From Cycas panzhihuaensis (lineage: Eukaryota > Plantae > Cycadophyta): a stretch of DNA of 64,000 bases. A program made the position numbers and the translations under genes. The stretch lies in contig CM041465.1 of assembly GCA_023213395.1 (NCBI GenBank), positions 188,859,741 through 188,923,740 on the forward strand, written 5' to 3'. Shown here in pieces: positions 27,701-40,741 of the stretch (position 1 is its first letter; the number at the start of each line of letters is the position of its first letter). The notes under the pieces are model-generated. The model had not been told where the DNA came from, searched no databases, and saw nothing but the letters and a program-made list of their open reading frames with translations.

Positions 27701-30700
27701 AAAAGGGCACAAATAGATCTTATATCACTACAATAGCTTATATTACATTCATAATATGAAAGGGTGCAAAAAAGCTTAAAGGATATCTAAAGAGAAGATG
27801 TATGTGAGTACACTCTTATGAGAGGAGATTGTTATATAAGGGATTCTTTTATAAATGTATGGCCTTAAATAGATGAAAGTATATGTTATTCCCTAGAATT
27901 CTATTAGAGGACCATATAGCCTTTAATCCCATTGGTATGGGTATATGGTTTGTGCACACCTATTAATAGACGAGATTAACCTGTACCACTTTAACTACAT
28001 AATCAAATGCTAATGTGTTGTTCACCTTAGAGGGTTATGTAACATCTTTGTTCTTTTGTCTAAAATCTAAATAGATTTTATCTATAAGTCTAACCTAGTC
28101 TTACTTAAACAATAGACTAATGAAGAATGCAATTAGGATTATATATATACTTCTTTAATAATAGGATATGAACTATATCATATATAGTTAGATTTGGTGG
28201 TAATGTAGGTTTATAACAACAAATTTTATCCTCTCTATGGTTTTAAATGGTCCATAATATCTCATAATTCTTTTTTTTGAATTTGTTTATCTTTAAATAA
28301 CTTCTCTTCAATCTCATGTGAAGCAAAATATAGTCTCTAACATTGAACTATTTTGCTATCATTTTTAAGTCAACATTATTCTTTTGTTTATCCTAAGTAA
28401 TTATCAACTTCTCTTTTATTCTAACAATCTGGTCTTCCATCCACTACAACCTTTTTAGCCTAATAATATGTTTATCTTCTAAGTTTTTCCAACCTAGAGT
28501 TTATTATACCTTTGTCCATAAAGTATTTTAAATAAGTTCATACCCAAATATATATGGTGGGTTATTATTATAGGCAATCTCTACTAGATATAGATAGCCT
28601 TCCCATTTAGTTGGTTAGTCCATCATATACATCTACGATATACTTTCAAATACCTAGTTAGCTTATTCTATTTATCCATTTAACTCAAGGTGATATGCTA
28701 TGTTGGCTCATTCTAATTACCAAAATTTTGACGTAAACTTTATGTCTTGATAATAAATAATAGCTTTTGGAATTTCATATAATCTTGCTATTCTTGTGAA
28801 AATGTCTACTATGTTGGTTGCTTTAGGAGTAGATCATATGGGAATAAAATGTGTATATTTCATTAATTTATTAACTATTACAATAATATAATTATTTTAC
28901 TTCATATTATTTGGCAAACGTATAATAAAACCAGAGATGACCTTCCATTTTTATTCAAGAATCTATAATGGTTGAAGTAATCATGCAAGGTGTTAATATT
29001 CTAATACTATAAGTAATGAGAGATATATTCCACTATATATTTTTTAATCCCTAGCCAAAAGTAATTTTCCTTGATATATACATAAGTCTTTTAATATCTT
29101 GAATGTGTTGTATATGGAAGATCATGTGCTTCTTTTATGATCAAGTTTTAAATGAAAACATCATTTGGAATATAAATATAGTGTTGAATAATGGGAATGC
29201 CATCATATAACAACTTGTGGTTAATATACTTATGCATTAATCTTTCATCCACCTCCTCATTGATATCTTTCTTATCAAGAAAATCCTTCACCTATTTATA
29301 TATTTTATCATTTACCAATTTTACTTTTTATGGGTTTCATTTAAGTCTAGTTTCATGACGTTAATAGAAGTGATATGCCTTCTATAATTAAAGTCATATT
29401 TGCATAGGAGTTTCATCTATCTTCTTTGTCTTACATTTAATTAGGTCTAATTAATCCATATTATTATCAAATTATTATATTTCCTCTTTATTGAGCCCTA
29501 AGAAGTTAGAGTGTATGTTTCAACTAACTTCACCCTCTCTTGACACCAACTAGGTCTCATACTTTATCTTGTTTATTATTGGGGCTTGATTACATAATTG
29601 CATGGTAATTTAGTAGACTACTTAGCATGATAGTTAAATAGTTTCATATTAATTGTGCTTGTGCCTGATCCATATTATCAATGATGTAAATATCATAAAA
29701 GTGCCCAATAATATTGGCTTATTCTAGCCTCCTTCAAAGCCCCATCTTACCTCCATGATTACACTCTTAATAACTTTCCTTTGACTTGATGAATCTTACT
29801 TTCTTACATATTTTTTCCTTTTAAATTTCCCTCTGTACATTACATAGCACTTCGTTATTTCCAAATCTCACTTCTTGACCATCTATTTGACTTTTTTTTT
29901 AATTTTCTAATGGAAACTTTCAAATTTTCAACACTCTAATAAATTATATTTTTGGAGTTACCCAAAAATGTGACTTACGTTATAGAATATGACCTCAGAA
30001 CTAAAAATGTGTCCTACTCATAAGCTATCTTTTCAGTGTATTTTAGGTCATATTTTTTATTGTAATTTATATTTTTCAGGTTCTAATATAAAAAAGATAT
30101 AAAATAATAGCCCTTTTTTCCCATTGTATTGACATTAGTTTGTAGAAAAATATGACCCTACCTTACCATGGTTTTATGTTTTTTATCCCTCTATTTTTTC
30201 CTATAAAAATCCATCTATTTTCTTAAGAAAGAAAATAGAACATTTGGAGAAGTAAAGTGCTACCAGATTTGAGACTTATCTTTGTAACCTTGACTTGCAC
30301 CTTGAGAAGGTTTGTTTGAAGCTTGATTTGGAGCCATTTATGAGAGAAATCAAAGACTTAGAGCTGCTCGTACTTCCCTTCTTCTCTTTTCTTCTCTTAG
30401 CTATATTTTCCTTTACATCTCACCTTCTTCTTCAAGTGCCATTTGAAGATTATTGCACAGAGACTAAAGTGAAGTAGTGAACATCAAAGATCAATACATA
30501 TTGATATTACAAATGCATATACAAAACATCATACTTCAATCCATATTTCTGAAAGAGATAACAAGTTTACAATAGAGGTGGCGTTGATGAAAAACCAAGG
30601 GATTTTGGCCCAAAGTTTATATATTCAAGAGGATAGTAGGAGCCCTCCTTAACCTGAAATTTAAAATAATATAAAATAATAAAAAACTTAATATAAAATA

Positions 30701-30780
30701 ATATTTATCAACTTACCATTCAGGCATATGTAGCTGCATATTCTCAATGTTGGGTTAGGTAGTGAATATTAACCCTAACA

Positions 30781-31460
30781 TTCTCCCCCTTAATATTCAT
30801 CATATACATCTTCAACTTTTCTTTGAACTTGTGATACTTGTACTTTAGGAAAACTTTAAACATATATCCTTGAGCTTTATCATCATCTTTAAAGTGATCA
30901 ACTTACATTATCATCCTTTCAATAATATGTGTATCAAATGGTTTCCAAGTAGGTGTGGCTTGATTCAAATAAGCAGGAGTGGCTTTGTCAAGATCTTTAT
31001 ATTTTCCATTAATCAGGTCTAAGGTACATATAACTTCATCAAATACAATATTTGAGCCATCAATTTTATTAAAGTCTACACTAGTATATACAACATTAGT
31101 CTTTTCAATAAAGTTCACGTACTCTAAAACTTATCTCACATAAAAGATATCATCAATATAATTAGTTTCATTTAATTCTAAAGTATCTGCCCCATAAACT
31201 GATTCTAAGGTATCCCATGCAGATTTGTGAGTAGTTAACTCACTTACATTAGAAAGTATATTATCATATATTGTACAAAATATTAGGGCTAAGGCCTCAT
31301 TATCCTTTTTCATATCTTCTTTAGCATTTGGTTCATAACCATCTTTTACAAACTTCTAGAGATCATTTGTAATAAAGTATGTTTTCATTATTTTACTTCA
31401 TAGTTGAAAATCATTTCCATCAAATATAGGAAAACTTATATCACTTAGATTTATTTCCAT
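30781..31460 (-). pseudogene. Copy X1 ORF (Gag N-terminus/linker/RNase H tail)
   Basis: One frame: FPIFDGNDFQL*..KKDNEALALIFCTIYDNILSNVSELTTHKSAWDTLESVYG..DDDKAQGYMFKVFLKYKYHKFKEKL..IKGEN, running into the PPT. Confidence 0.85.
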
Positions 31461-32923
31461 TATATAAGACTTTAGTACATGATTTAAAGAGTATGATTTT
31501 AGTGAACAAAAAATAATCCTTTTATAAACTTTGAGATTAACATGCAATAAACTTTCAGTGCGATTCTTTCTTAATTAATGAAAGAAAATAACTTAGTAAT
31601 AGAGAATATATATCATTTCAAATTGAAAATAATAAATGAAACTATAATATACAATAAATCTCCTTTTAAGCAAGATAAATGTTCTCCCATTAAATGAAGT
31701 AAACAAGTTTCAAATGATGTTGAATGCACCTTGATACCATAAAATTCTTTTAAAGTAAACTAAATGCACCTTTTAAGAAAGAACCTTGATTAATTAATGA
31801 GGAGCTAAAAGAAAACAAACAGGTGAATTATTATTCACTTCACATGAAAATATTAAGAGTAAATGATACCATATGAGCTCCTTTTACACCAAGGAAAAAA
31901 TATAAGGTATGCTTATAAAATGATCTTGAAATATGCTCCACTGAATGAATGCTTTAAAGAGGTAAAAAAATGACATTAAATAAGCAGAAGAATATGCCTT
32001 AAAGAGCTTTAAAAATAAGTTTATAAGTAAAAATATAAAGTGATAGCTTCATAACAGGGTTATAAGGTATTCAAATGTACTAGTTTGATGCTTTTGTTCC
32101 CAAAGAGACTCCTCTTTAAGAGGTTGAATTAGGGCTAAATGGCTATAAAAAATAATTATAAGCCTCTACAAATAGATAAAAACCTATCAAGAACAACTTA
32201 GCAGCTCAATATCAAGTAAATATACTGAGTTAGAATGAAAAATTACTTGAAATATTAAGAAATATATCAAACTAGGATTAAACAAGATCCTTGACTTTAT
32301 TAGCCTCAAAACCTTATAAAATAGTGTCAGATCTCAATAAAATCTACTTCAATGCATATAGAATTGAATTACCTTTCAGACAGATCTAGTCATTCAAAAA
32401 AAGACTCATAGATAAAAAGTTATAATGAAAATAGTACATAGACCCATTTATAGAAAACAAATTAAAAGGGAGGGGTTAATCCCCTTTGGAAAATTGGCCC
32501 TTAGTCATGTGGGGGCCAAAAAGATCATCCATTAGGCTCTAAAGGGGGCTAACAAACTTCAAAATTTATAGAATATAATGAAATCTTTTTGAAAAATCAA
32601 AATTTATAAAAAAGAGTTTATTTAATTTTTAAATCCACCCCTTAATAAAAAAATCAAGGTCACATGGGGCTCTCATATGACTACCAGCTAGTGTGAGGGG
32701 CTACGCCAAAATCACACACCAGATCTTAAAATTTATTAAATCTAATTTAATTTTTTATTAACTTTAGAAAAAAATAAATATATTCATCAAATCTACATGC
32801 CTAATAATGACGATTGAATAGACAAATTCAAGACTGAATAAAAATAATAACATTGATTAGTAGAATCAAATTGAAGGGGCGACTCGATCATACAAAGAAC
32901 ACACTAAGTCTATACATCAAAGA

Positions 32924-32925
<2 letters not shown>

Positions 32926-33018
<93 letters not shown>
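32926..33018. repeat. (CA)n microsatellite followed by a poly(A) tract
   Basis: Seen directly. Confidence 0.97.
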
Positions 33019-33020
<2 letters not shown>

Positions 33021-34633
33021 AAATAAAAGAGAAAATAGGAACCTATTAACAATGGCAATTGGTACATAAAGAAATCACAAACAAACATAGGGTGTTTTTT
33101 ACTATTCTCCCAGGTAACCATGGGCATATTGGCCATAGACTCGAGGTCTCAATAATGATTTTGTTTGGAGAAATAACTTCTTTCTTCACATGTAATTCCA
33201 TGAGGGTGAGGGCATCTTGAAAATTCTGTACCTTCATCTTCCTCTATAGAATAGGATAAAACTTTAAGTATCAATTGCATGGGATTAATGTGGGTATCAG
33301 AGTCTATACACAATATCTCAAAGAAATATATTTATCTTGCATGAAAATGTAGTAGAGATCATGGAGATAGAGAACCATACATACGAAGGAGATGAATGCC
33401 TCACATAAAACAAGAACAGGATGCTCACATAGAGCACATAGAGGCACAAAGCACTAAGAGCATAATGGAGGGGCCACATAGATATAGAGCGTGTAGAGAG
33501 GCCATAGAAGTGTAGAGCACACAGAGATGCAGAACACACATAACAAAAATATAAAATACAAATGTAATATATATAAAATATAATATATATAATGTAAACT
33601 TTGTGAAATATTGAATATCAAAATGAGAAGCATGGAGATGGAGCCTGTACTCAGTTGAGGATGACCATGCAGATCTTTAAAATGCCACACAGGGTTGGGG
33701 TCTGATACTAAATGAAGATTATTACATGGAGACCAGAGAAGAGTAGTGAACATCAAAGATCAATCTCTATTGCTATTAGAAATACACATACAAAATATCA
33801 TGCTTCAATCCATAACAAGTTTATAGTAGAGTTGGTGTTGATAAAAAACTAGGGGATTTGGCCCTAAAGTTTATATATTTAGGAGAAGGTTAGGAGCCCT
33901 CCTCAGCCTAAAATTTAAAATAATATAAAATAAAAAGTAACTTAACATAAAATAATACTTACCAACGTACTATTAAGGTGTGTGCAACTGCATATTCCTA
34001 ATGTTAGGTTAGGTGGTGATTATTAACCTTAACACCATTCTCTATTCTCACTCTTTCTCTTCTCTTATCTCTTACTACCTTTACTTATTGTAACTAGTTA
34101 TGAGCTTTAATTTAGAGGGCCTTGGAAGGGCAAGACACTAAATTGATACATATCTTATATTCTCCTTGAGTGAATACTTATTTGTTAGTAAGTTTACATA
34201 TTTTATTTCAAGTTTGTTTTCTTGTTCCTTATTGAATGGATAGTTGGGTTACAGTCTTAGTTAATCTTGTAACATAGATTAGAGTTATCTCATGATATTT
34301 TTACTTATTATTGTTAGAATTAATATTCATCACCTAACATTACATTGGAAGTATACAAGCTATATATACCTTCATGGTAAGTATTATTTTAATGTAATAT
34401 ATCTATATGTTATATTATTTTGAATCCAAGGTTGAGGAGGGCTCCTGCCCTCCTACCAAATATTTAATTTTTTGGTCTCAAAATCCTGATATTCATCAAC
34501 ACCACCAAATTTATAAACTTGTTACTCTTGAGAAATATGGATTGACATTGATATTCAATATACATTACAATAGGGATTGACTTGTGTTCACTACTCTACT
34601 TTGGTCTCTATTTATCATTCTTCATTTGGTATT

Positions 34634-37600
34634 TGTTGAAAATTAGAGCAAAATTTAAACAGAGAAAAGATTGTGTCTTCTTCTATTGAGATTCAATCTG
34701 CTTAAATATACAATAGTGATGTGATGGTTATAACTACTAATGTAACCGATCACTTAGATACTGCCAAGTGGCATGATCTTATGAGTACATTAAGGGTGGG
34801 TCTAACATGGCCCCCTTTTCTATCCTAGATAAAACATTATATTTCAACACCCCCTCTTAATGTTTTATCTCTAAAAGTCCTATCTTGTCTCTTAAATATC
34901 TGAGCCTTTCTCTCCCAAGAGGTTTTGTCAACAGATCTATAACTTGCTCAGATGTCGGACAGTATTCCAACTCTATCTCTTTATTCTGCATTTTTTCTCT
35001 TATAAAGTGATGATGAACTTCAATATGTTTTGTTCTTGCATGTAGAATTGGATTTTTGGTCAGCTTGATGGCACTTTGGTTGTCACATTTTAGAGAAGTT
35101 GCTCCTTTCTGCTGTTGATTTAAGTCAAGTAAAAGTTGTCTTAACTTCACTAGAGTTCTTGATGTGGTCGCTTTGTATTCTACTTCTCTGGAGGAGAGAG
35201 CTACGTAGCTTGTTTCTTCGCACCATGAGATTGTCAAGCTCCTAAGAAAAAATAAAATCCACTTGTGGATTTCCTTTGTTCTTTGTCACCAGCCCAGTCA
35301 GAATCGCAATACCCTATTATTTCGATTGGATGCCCCTTTGAATATACTAACTTGAGATCTATTATTCCTTTGAGATATCTCAGAATTCTTTTTACGGCTT
35401 GCCAGTGTCTCAATTTTGGATTCTGCATATATCTTGATATTAGTCCTATTGAGTAGGATATATCGGGCCTGGTGGCTGTCAAATAAATCAGACTTCCAAT
35501 CATTTGTCTGTACAAAGTAACATCGGCATCTTTTTCCATACTATCTACCGTTAGATCATAATTTATTTCCATGGGTGTTGTGCATGGATTGTAATTCTCC
35601 ATCTGAAATCGAACAAGCAGATTTTTGATGTAGTTACTTTGGGACAAAGTTATGTAGTTTTGATGTTGACCTATCTCCAGTTCCAAGTAATAATTTAGTG
35701 AACCCAAGTCTGTCATTTCAAATTTCTGCTGAAGTTAATTTTTGATCCACTTAATTCCTTCTACATCATTCCCAGTAAGGAGCATATAATCTACATAGAC
35801 AACAATTATTGTTATCTTGCTGTTCATTTTTCTTATGTACAGACTGGAGTCTGAGTTACACCGAATGAACTTATTTTCTTCAAGAAAGTGATCTAATTTG
35901 GCATACCAGGCACGTGGCACTTGTTTTAGACCATACAAGGCCTTTTTCAATTTGCAGACTAGATTCTCCTGTCCCGGTTCAGCATATCCTTCTGGTTGTT
36001 ACATATAGACTTCTTCTTCTAGTTCACCGTTTAAGAAGGCACTCTTTACATCCATCTGAGAGATTCCCCAACCTTGGGCAGCAGCCAAGGCTATTACTGT
36101 CCTTACTATGTTCATCTTTGCTACTGGAGAAAAGCTCTCATCAAAATCTATACCTGCTGTTTGGGTGTATCCCTTTGCAACTAACCTTGCCTTGTGTTTT
36201 TCAATTTTGCCATCTACTCCTTTCTTTATTTTGTAAACCCATTTGCAGTTCTGGTGGATTTATTAGTAGGTAGTTCTACTAATTCCCATGTTTGATTTTT
36301 CTTGATTGAATTTATTTCATTGTCCATTGCTTCTCTCCATTCTTGATGATCTTTTGCTTCTTCAAAATTCTGTGGTTCAACTTTGCTTATAAGGGCTCTT
36401 GACCTTTGACCCCGGGTTTTCTATTATAATATATTTCCTTCTTCAACTATTTTGATATACCATTTTGGCAACTTTTTCTGTTTCTGTGGACCTTCTTTTT
36501 CGATGGTGTCGCCTTGACTGATTGACGACAATGAATCAGCTTGTCCTTCTTCTGAAGTAATTTCTAAATCATTTCCTTTTTTAGTTTCTTGGTCTTCTGA
36601 AGTAACTTCTGACTTATTTTTTGGCTCATCTTCTTGCATTACTTTATGTCCGGCAGTTTCCTGTTCCTTTTCATTTTCTATTATTTTAATTTGTGAAGAT
36701 TCAACTGAGTTTTCTTCATTAAAGACAACATCTCTACTCACATAGATTCTATTTGTTCTTGGATCTGTGCATTTATATGCCTTTGAATTTTTACTGTATC
36801 CTATTAAGACACATTCTATGATTTTTGTGTCTAATTTGGACCTCCTTTTATCAGGAATATGCACAAATGCTTAACTGCCAAATACTTTGAGAAGACTTAC
36901 ATCGGGTTTTTGTCCTGTCCAAGCTTCTTCTGGAGTGATGTTCTTCAATGCTCTTGTTGGACTTCTGTTTATTAGATAGCATCTTTGTGCTAGCTATACG
37001 CCAATATGCCTTAGGTATTTTTGCACCATACATCATGCTTCGATCCATTTCCATCAGAGTTCTATTCTTTCTTTCAGCTACTCCATTTGACTGAGGAGTA
37101 TAAGGAGTTGTAACTTGTCTACGAATCCCTCTGTCTTTGCAGTAATTTAGAAACTCTTTTGACATATATTCTCCTCCTCCATCCGATTTGATGTATTTGA
37201 TCTTCATTCCTGACTCTAACTCAGCTTCTGCATTAAATTCTTTAAATGTTTCAAAAACTTCTAACTTATTATGTAAGAAATATACCCAAACCTTCCAGGT
37301 GAAGCCATCAATGAAAGTTAAGAAGTATCTGCATCCATTAATTGATAGAGGTAAAATTGGACCACAGATGTTTGTGTATATCAATTCTAATTTAGACTGA
37401 GCTTTCCAAGTGCTTTCTTTAAAAGGAAGTCTGTGCTATTTTCCAAGTTAACAACCTTTACAAACAAATGTATTTGATGAAATATTAGGTAAACCATTTG
37501 CCATTTCTGATTTTTCCATTTGTTTAAGTGTATCAATTGAGAGATGTCCATACCTTAAATGCCATACTTTATTATTAGATTTAAGAGCAGTACAAGCTTT

Positions 37601-39537
37601 TTCTTCCAAATAAGGAAGTACATGATCTGACAGGAGTTTGTAAAGATCATTGCATCTAACTCCTTTTCCAATAATTTTTCCATCTTTTTTCATATCCAAA
37701 ATGTGGCAATTCCCTTCTTCATCAAAAATGGTTCTCAAACCCTTTTTGCTCAGTTGAGAGACATAGAGGAGATTCATTTTTAGATCTGGTACAAAAAGAA
37801 CATTTCTAATTCTTTTTTCATTTCCATTCAGGTTTACTGAAATGGTTCCAATCCATTTTATATTAAGGGAATACTTGTCACCTAGCTCCACTGACTTGTC
37901 CATATTGTATGGATTCATGGTTTGAAACCATTCTTCCTGACTTGTCATGTGTTTAGAGGCTCCTGAATCTATGTACCATATGTCTTTGTCTTTCATTCTC
38001 GTAACCAATGCTGTGATGAAGGCCGTCTCCTCTTCTTCTTCTTCTTCTTCATCCTTTTCTTTACTGTATCCACCAATAGGTTGTTTTCCTTTATAAATTT
38101 TACTTCGTCTTTGTGGGAACTGATAAGGATAGTGTCCACTTTGTCCATAGTAGCAGCATATGTCAAAGATTCTACAATTACTGGCGAAATGTCCAATTCT
38201 TCCATAATTGTAGCATATTGTATTTTCTCTGCCGCGTCCTCGTCCTCTGGAGTTTGACCAGCATCCTCGTCCTCTGGAATCTGACGTTCTGCTTGATCCT
38301 CGAAATTGTTGTCTTCCTCTTGGCCTGAGATTCAGTCTGGATGCAAATGCATCCTCTAATTTTGTCGTGTTTTTGTATCTTTTGTTTCTTTGTTCCTGTC
38401 TTAGCAGCAAACCTGTCAATTCATCAAGAGTTAATTTGTCTAACCTATCACTGTCGGTGATAGTGTTGACAATTGTATCAAATGACTTTGGCAGCCTTGC
38501 TGTTACAATTTCCATAAGATCTTGTTCAGATATTATGCCTCCAGCACTCAAGAGGTTATTTCTTACAGTGATAATTTTATGCATAAATTCTTCTACCTCT
38601 TCATTTTCTTTCATGTGAAGTTTGTACAACTCTTCTTTGAGTGCAATTATTCTCACCTTATTCTTTTATCCGTTTAAATTTTCCAAGCATTTCTAGATTT
38701 CAAAAGCCTGATTCAATTTCTTGACATAAAACAAGTGTACCTCAAATCGAAGGTTTCTCAGGCGTCGTTCCAAAACTGAAGACGGTTTTTCAAAAAACTT
38801 TCTCAGAAGAGAGAAATCTGACTTAGAATGAACAATGGCGGCTAGGGCAGAAATCAGATTTGAGAAGAAATATGAGAAAATACTGAAAGAAATCCTTCAA
38901 ATCATCCTAGAATCTTGATGTACTATCACTAAGAAGGGTTTAGGACAGAAATTACCCGATATTGAGAGCAGATTGATGAAATTTCTGAGAAAATCTCCTC
39001 AATCCCATGAGGATTGGTTCGAGGGCCTTTTGGCCTACAAAACGGTCTCAGACGAACTCGCTCTAGAAGAAAAATATGTTCAGCGTCCTCTGATCTACCT
39101 TCCCACAAAATTTGGCTTCGATCCGAGCACTTTGAAAATTTTCCATCCGTGCATAATGCATACGGATGCATGCGGTTCATTATCTTGAAGAAATGTATGA
39201 TCTTTGTCTTCCAAAAAACTACCTACTACTTTGTCTCCTTTTTGCACTCTTGACTGAGATGTCTTGACAGAGGAAATTCACCAGAAGAGGAATCAGGTTA
39301 AACAGGCCTGCTCTGATACCATGTTGAAAATCAGAGCAAAATTTAAATAGAGAAAAGATTGTGTCTTCTTCTATTGAGATTCAATCTACTTAAATATACA
39401 ATAGTGATGTGATGGTTATAACTACTAATGTAACCAATCACTTAGATACTGCCAAGTGGCATGATCTTATGAGTACATTAAGGGTGGGTCTAACATGGCC
39501 CCCTTTTCTTTCCTAGATAAAACATTATATTTCAACA
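34634..39537 (-). mobile_element. Young short-LTR Ty1/copia element, 4.9 kb, near-intact pol
   Basis: 216-bp LTRs at 34634-34849 and 39322-39537 with 5 differences counted by eye. Perfect PBS TGGTATCAGAGC (39310-39321), TSD GTATT/GTATC. Gag with zinc knuckles, WYIDSGAS, IKSDGGGEY, YVDY (YVDD site), YCDSDWAGD, RTKHIEV. Confidence 0.97.
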
Positions 39538-40741
39538 GTATCAGAGCAAACCTGCTTGCATAGCCTCTAGCTCCTCATATGCTTAATGAAAGTGCAACAT
39601 ATGACTGCTCATTGAAATCCTAGTGGCCTCATCGAATAGAGAAATCAATCTAAAATTTTATCCCTTTTGAAAGGAGATATTGCTCCTAGAAGATTGCCAA
39701 GTTTTGTAGAATCATATACTTATTTTTTGCTGTAAGAAAATTAAATTAAAACTATTGATGTATATTTAGTATATTTGATTCCCATCTCCTCTCAACTTAC
39801 ATTTTGATATACACATTAGATTTATGAAGAACTTGAGTCTCCATTCCATTTTCATTTAGTTAAAAAAGGGAAACAGGTCATTGTCCTTTTCACTATTGTT
39901 ATGCCCTTTGGTTAGTATCTAGCCCTGCATTAATATTCATGCCCATCTAGCTTTGTTTACTACAAAATTTTACTTCCCTTAGCTTTTAAGGGTATACGAT
40001 AACCTTTACCAGATGTAAATTTAAAACTATCCTTATCACTAATTGCCTGATTAATTAACTCAAAATAGGTTAATATAGTTGGTGTTGAAAGAGTGTTTAC
40101 ATAAAAGAGCTATCAATCTTCAGACTAATTTCTTCTTCTCATTTTTCTATAGTTCATCCACTTCTACAATTCTCATTTGTTGTTCTAGAGTTCTCATTGT
40201 TAACATCAGCTTATAGTGCTTGAATTAATTCATTTCCTTATAATTTTTTCAATCTGCTCTTCGATCAGTGTCTAAGAAGTTTTTTTATGTTTTTTGGCCT
40301 GCAAATTCTCTTAAATCTTGTTCTTTATAGTGAAATTTTTATAAACACTACAAACTTCTATTTAATCTATGTGGGAGCCTATTATTTTACAAATTTCTAG
40401 TTTATTTAGGTATTTAAGCTAATCTTCATATTTATTGACCCGTGAAGTGTTCTCTTGAAGCAAAATTTACTTATATGAACCTCTAATTCAAACTCTATAC
40501 TCGTATATTTAGTCAATTTTCACTATTTTGGGAGCTATAATTTGTACATTCTGAGCTAGTTTTTAGTTTCTTTATTTCTAAAACTGTAGTTTATTATTTT
40601 AGTAAGAGCTCCTTGATCTTCAACTACTCTGCTTAATTCCTATAGTCGTCAGGGATTCCCATACTTGCCTTAGAGGGTAAAGATGTTGTTGATTTAGTCC
40701 CTAGTCTCCTTTTACTATTCTTCATTTGGAGGATGAAGTCC

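Larger units (their letters stand above)
12450..28044 (-). mobile_element. Ty3/gypsy chromovirus (Reina-like), full length, degenerate
   Basis: 386-bp LTRs at 12450-12835 and 27659-28044 (TG..CA), TSD TCTTT. PPT next to 12836 and eroded iMet PBS at ~27646-27656. RT ~23700-24450 (YIDYRELNKLTIKNKFP), integrase MDFIIGLP ~22798, chromodomain EYLV*W..EETTWE ~12905-12960. Confidence 0.93.
12230..29500 (-). mobile_element. Old chromovirus (Tekay-like) integrase/chromodomain relic, split by the 12450-28044 insertion
   Basis: Own sequence lies only at ~12230-12449 and ~28050-29500. Minus strand reads IIVIVNKLMKYTHFIP (~28840-28890) and RYYGPFKTIERI..LPPNLTIYDIVHILLLKKYI (~28140-28265). A chromodomain-like YLFTWH..WE is at ~12290-12340. 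Confidence 0.6.
30444..34034 (-). mobile_element. Non-autonomous Gag-only LTR element, copy X1
   Basis: LTRs 30444-30780 and 33713-34034, TSD CCATT. Eroded iMet PBS at 33700-33710, PPT AAGGGGGAGAA next to 30781. Confidence 0.93.
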
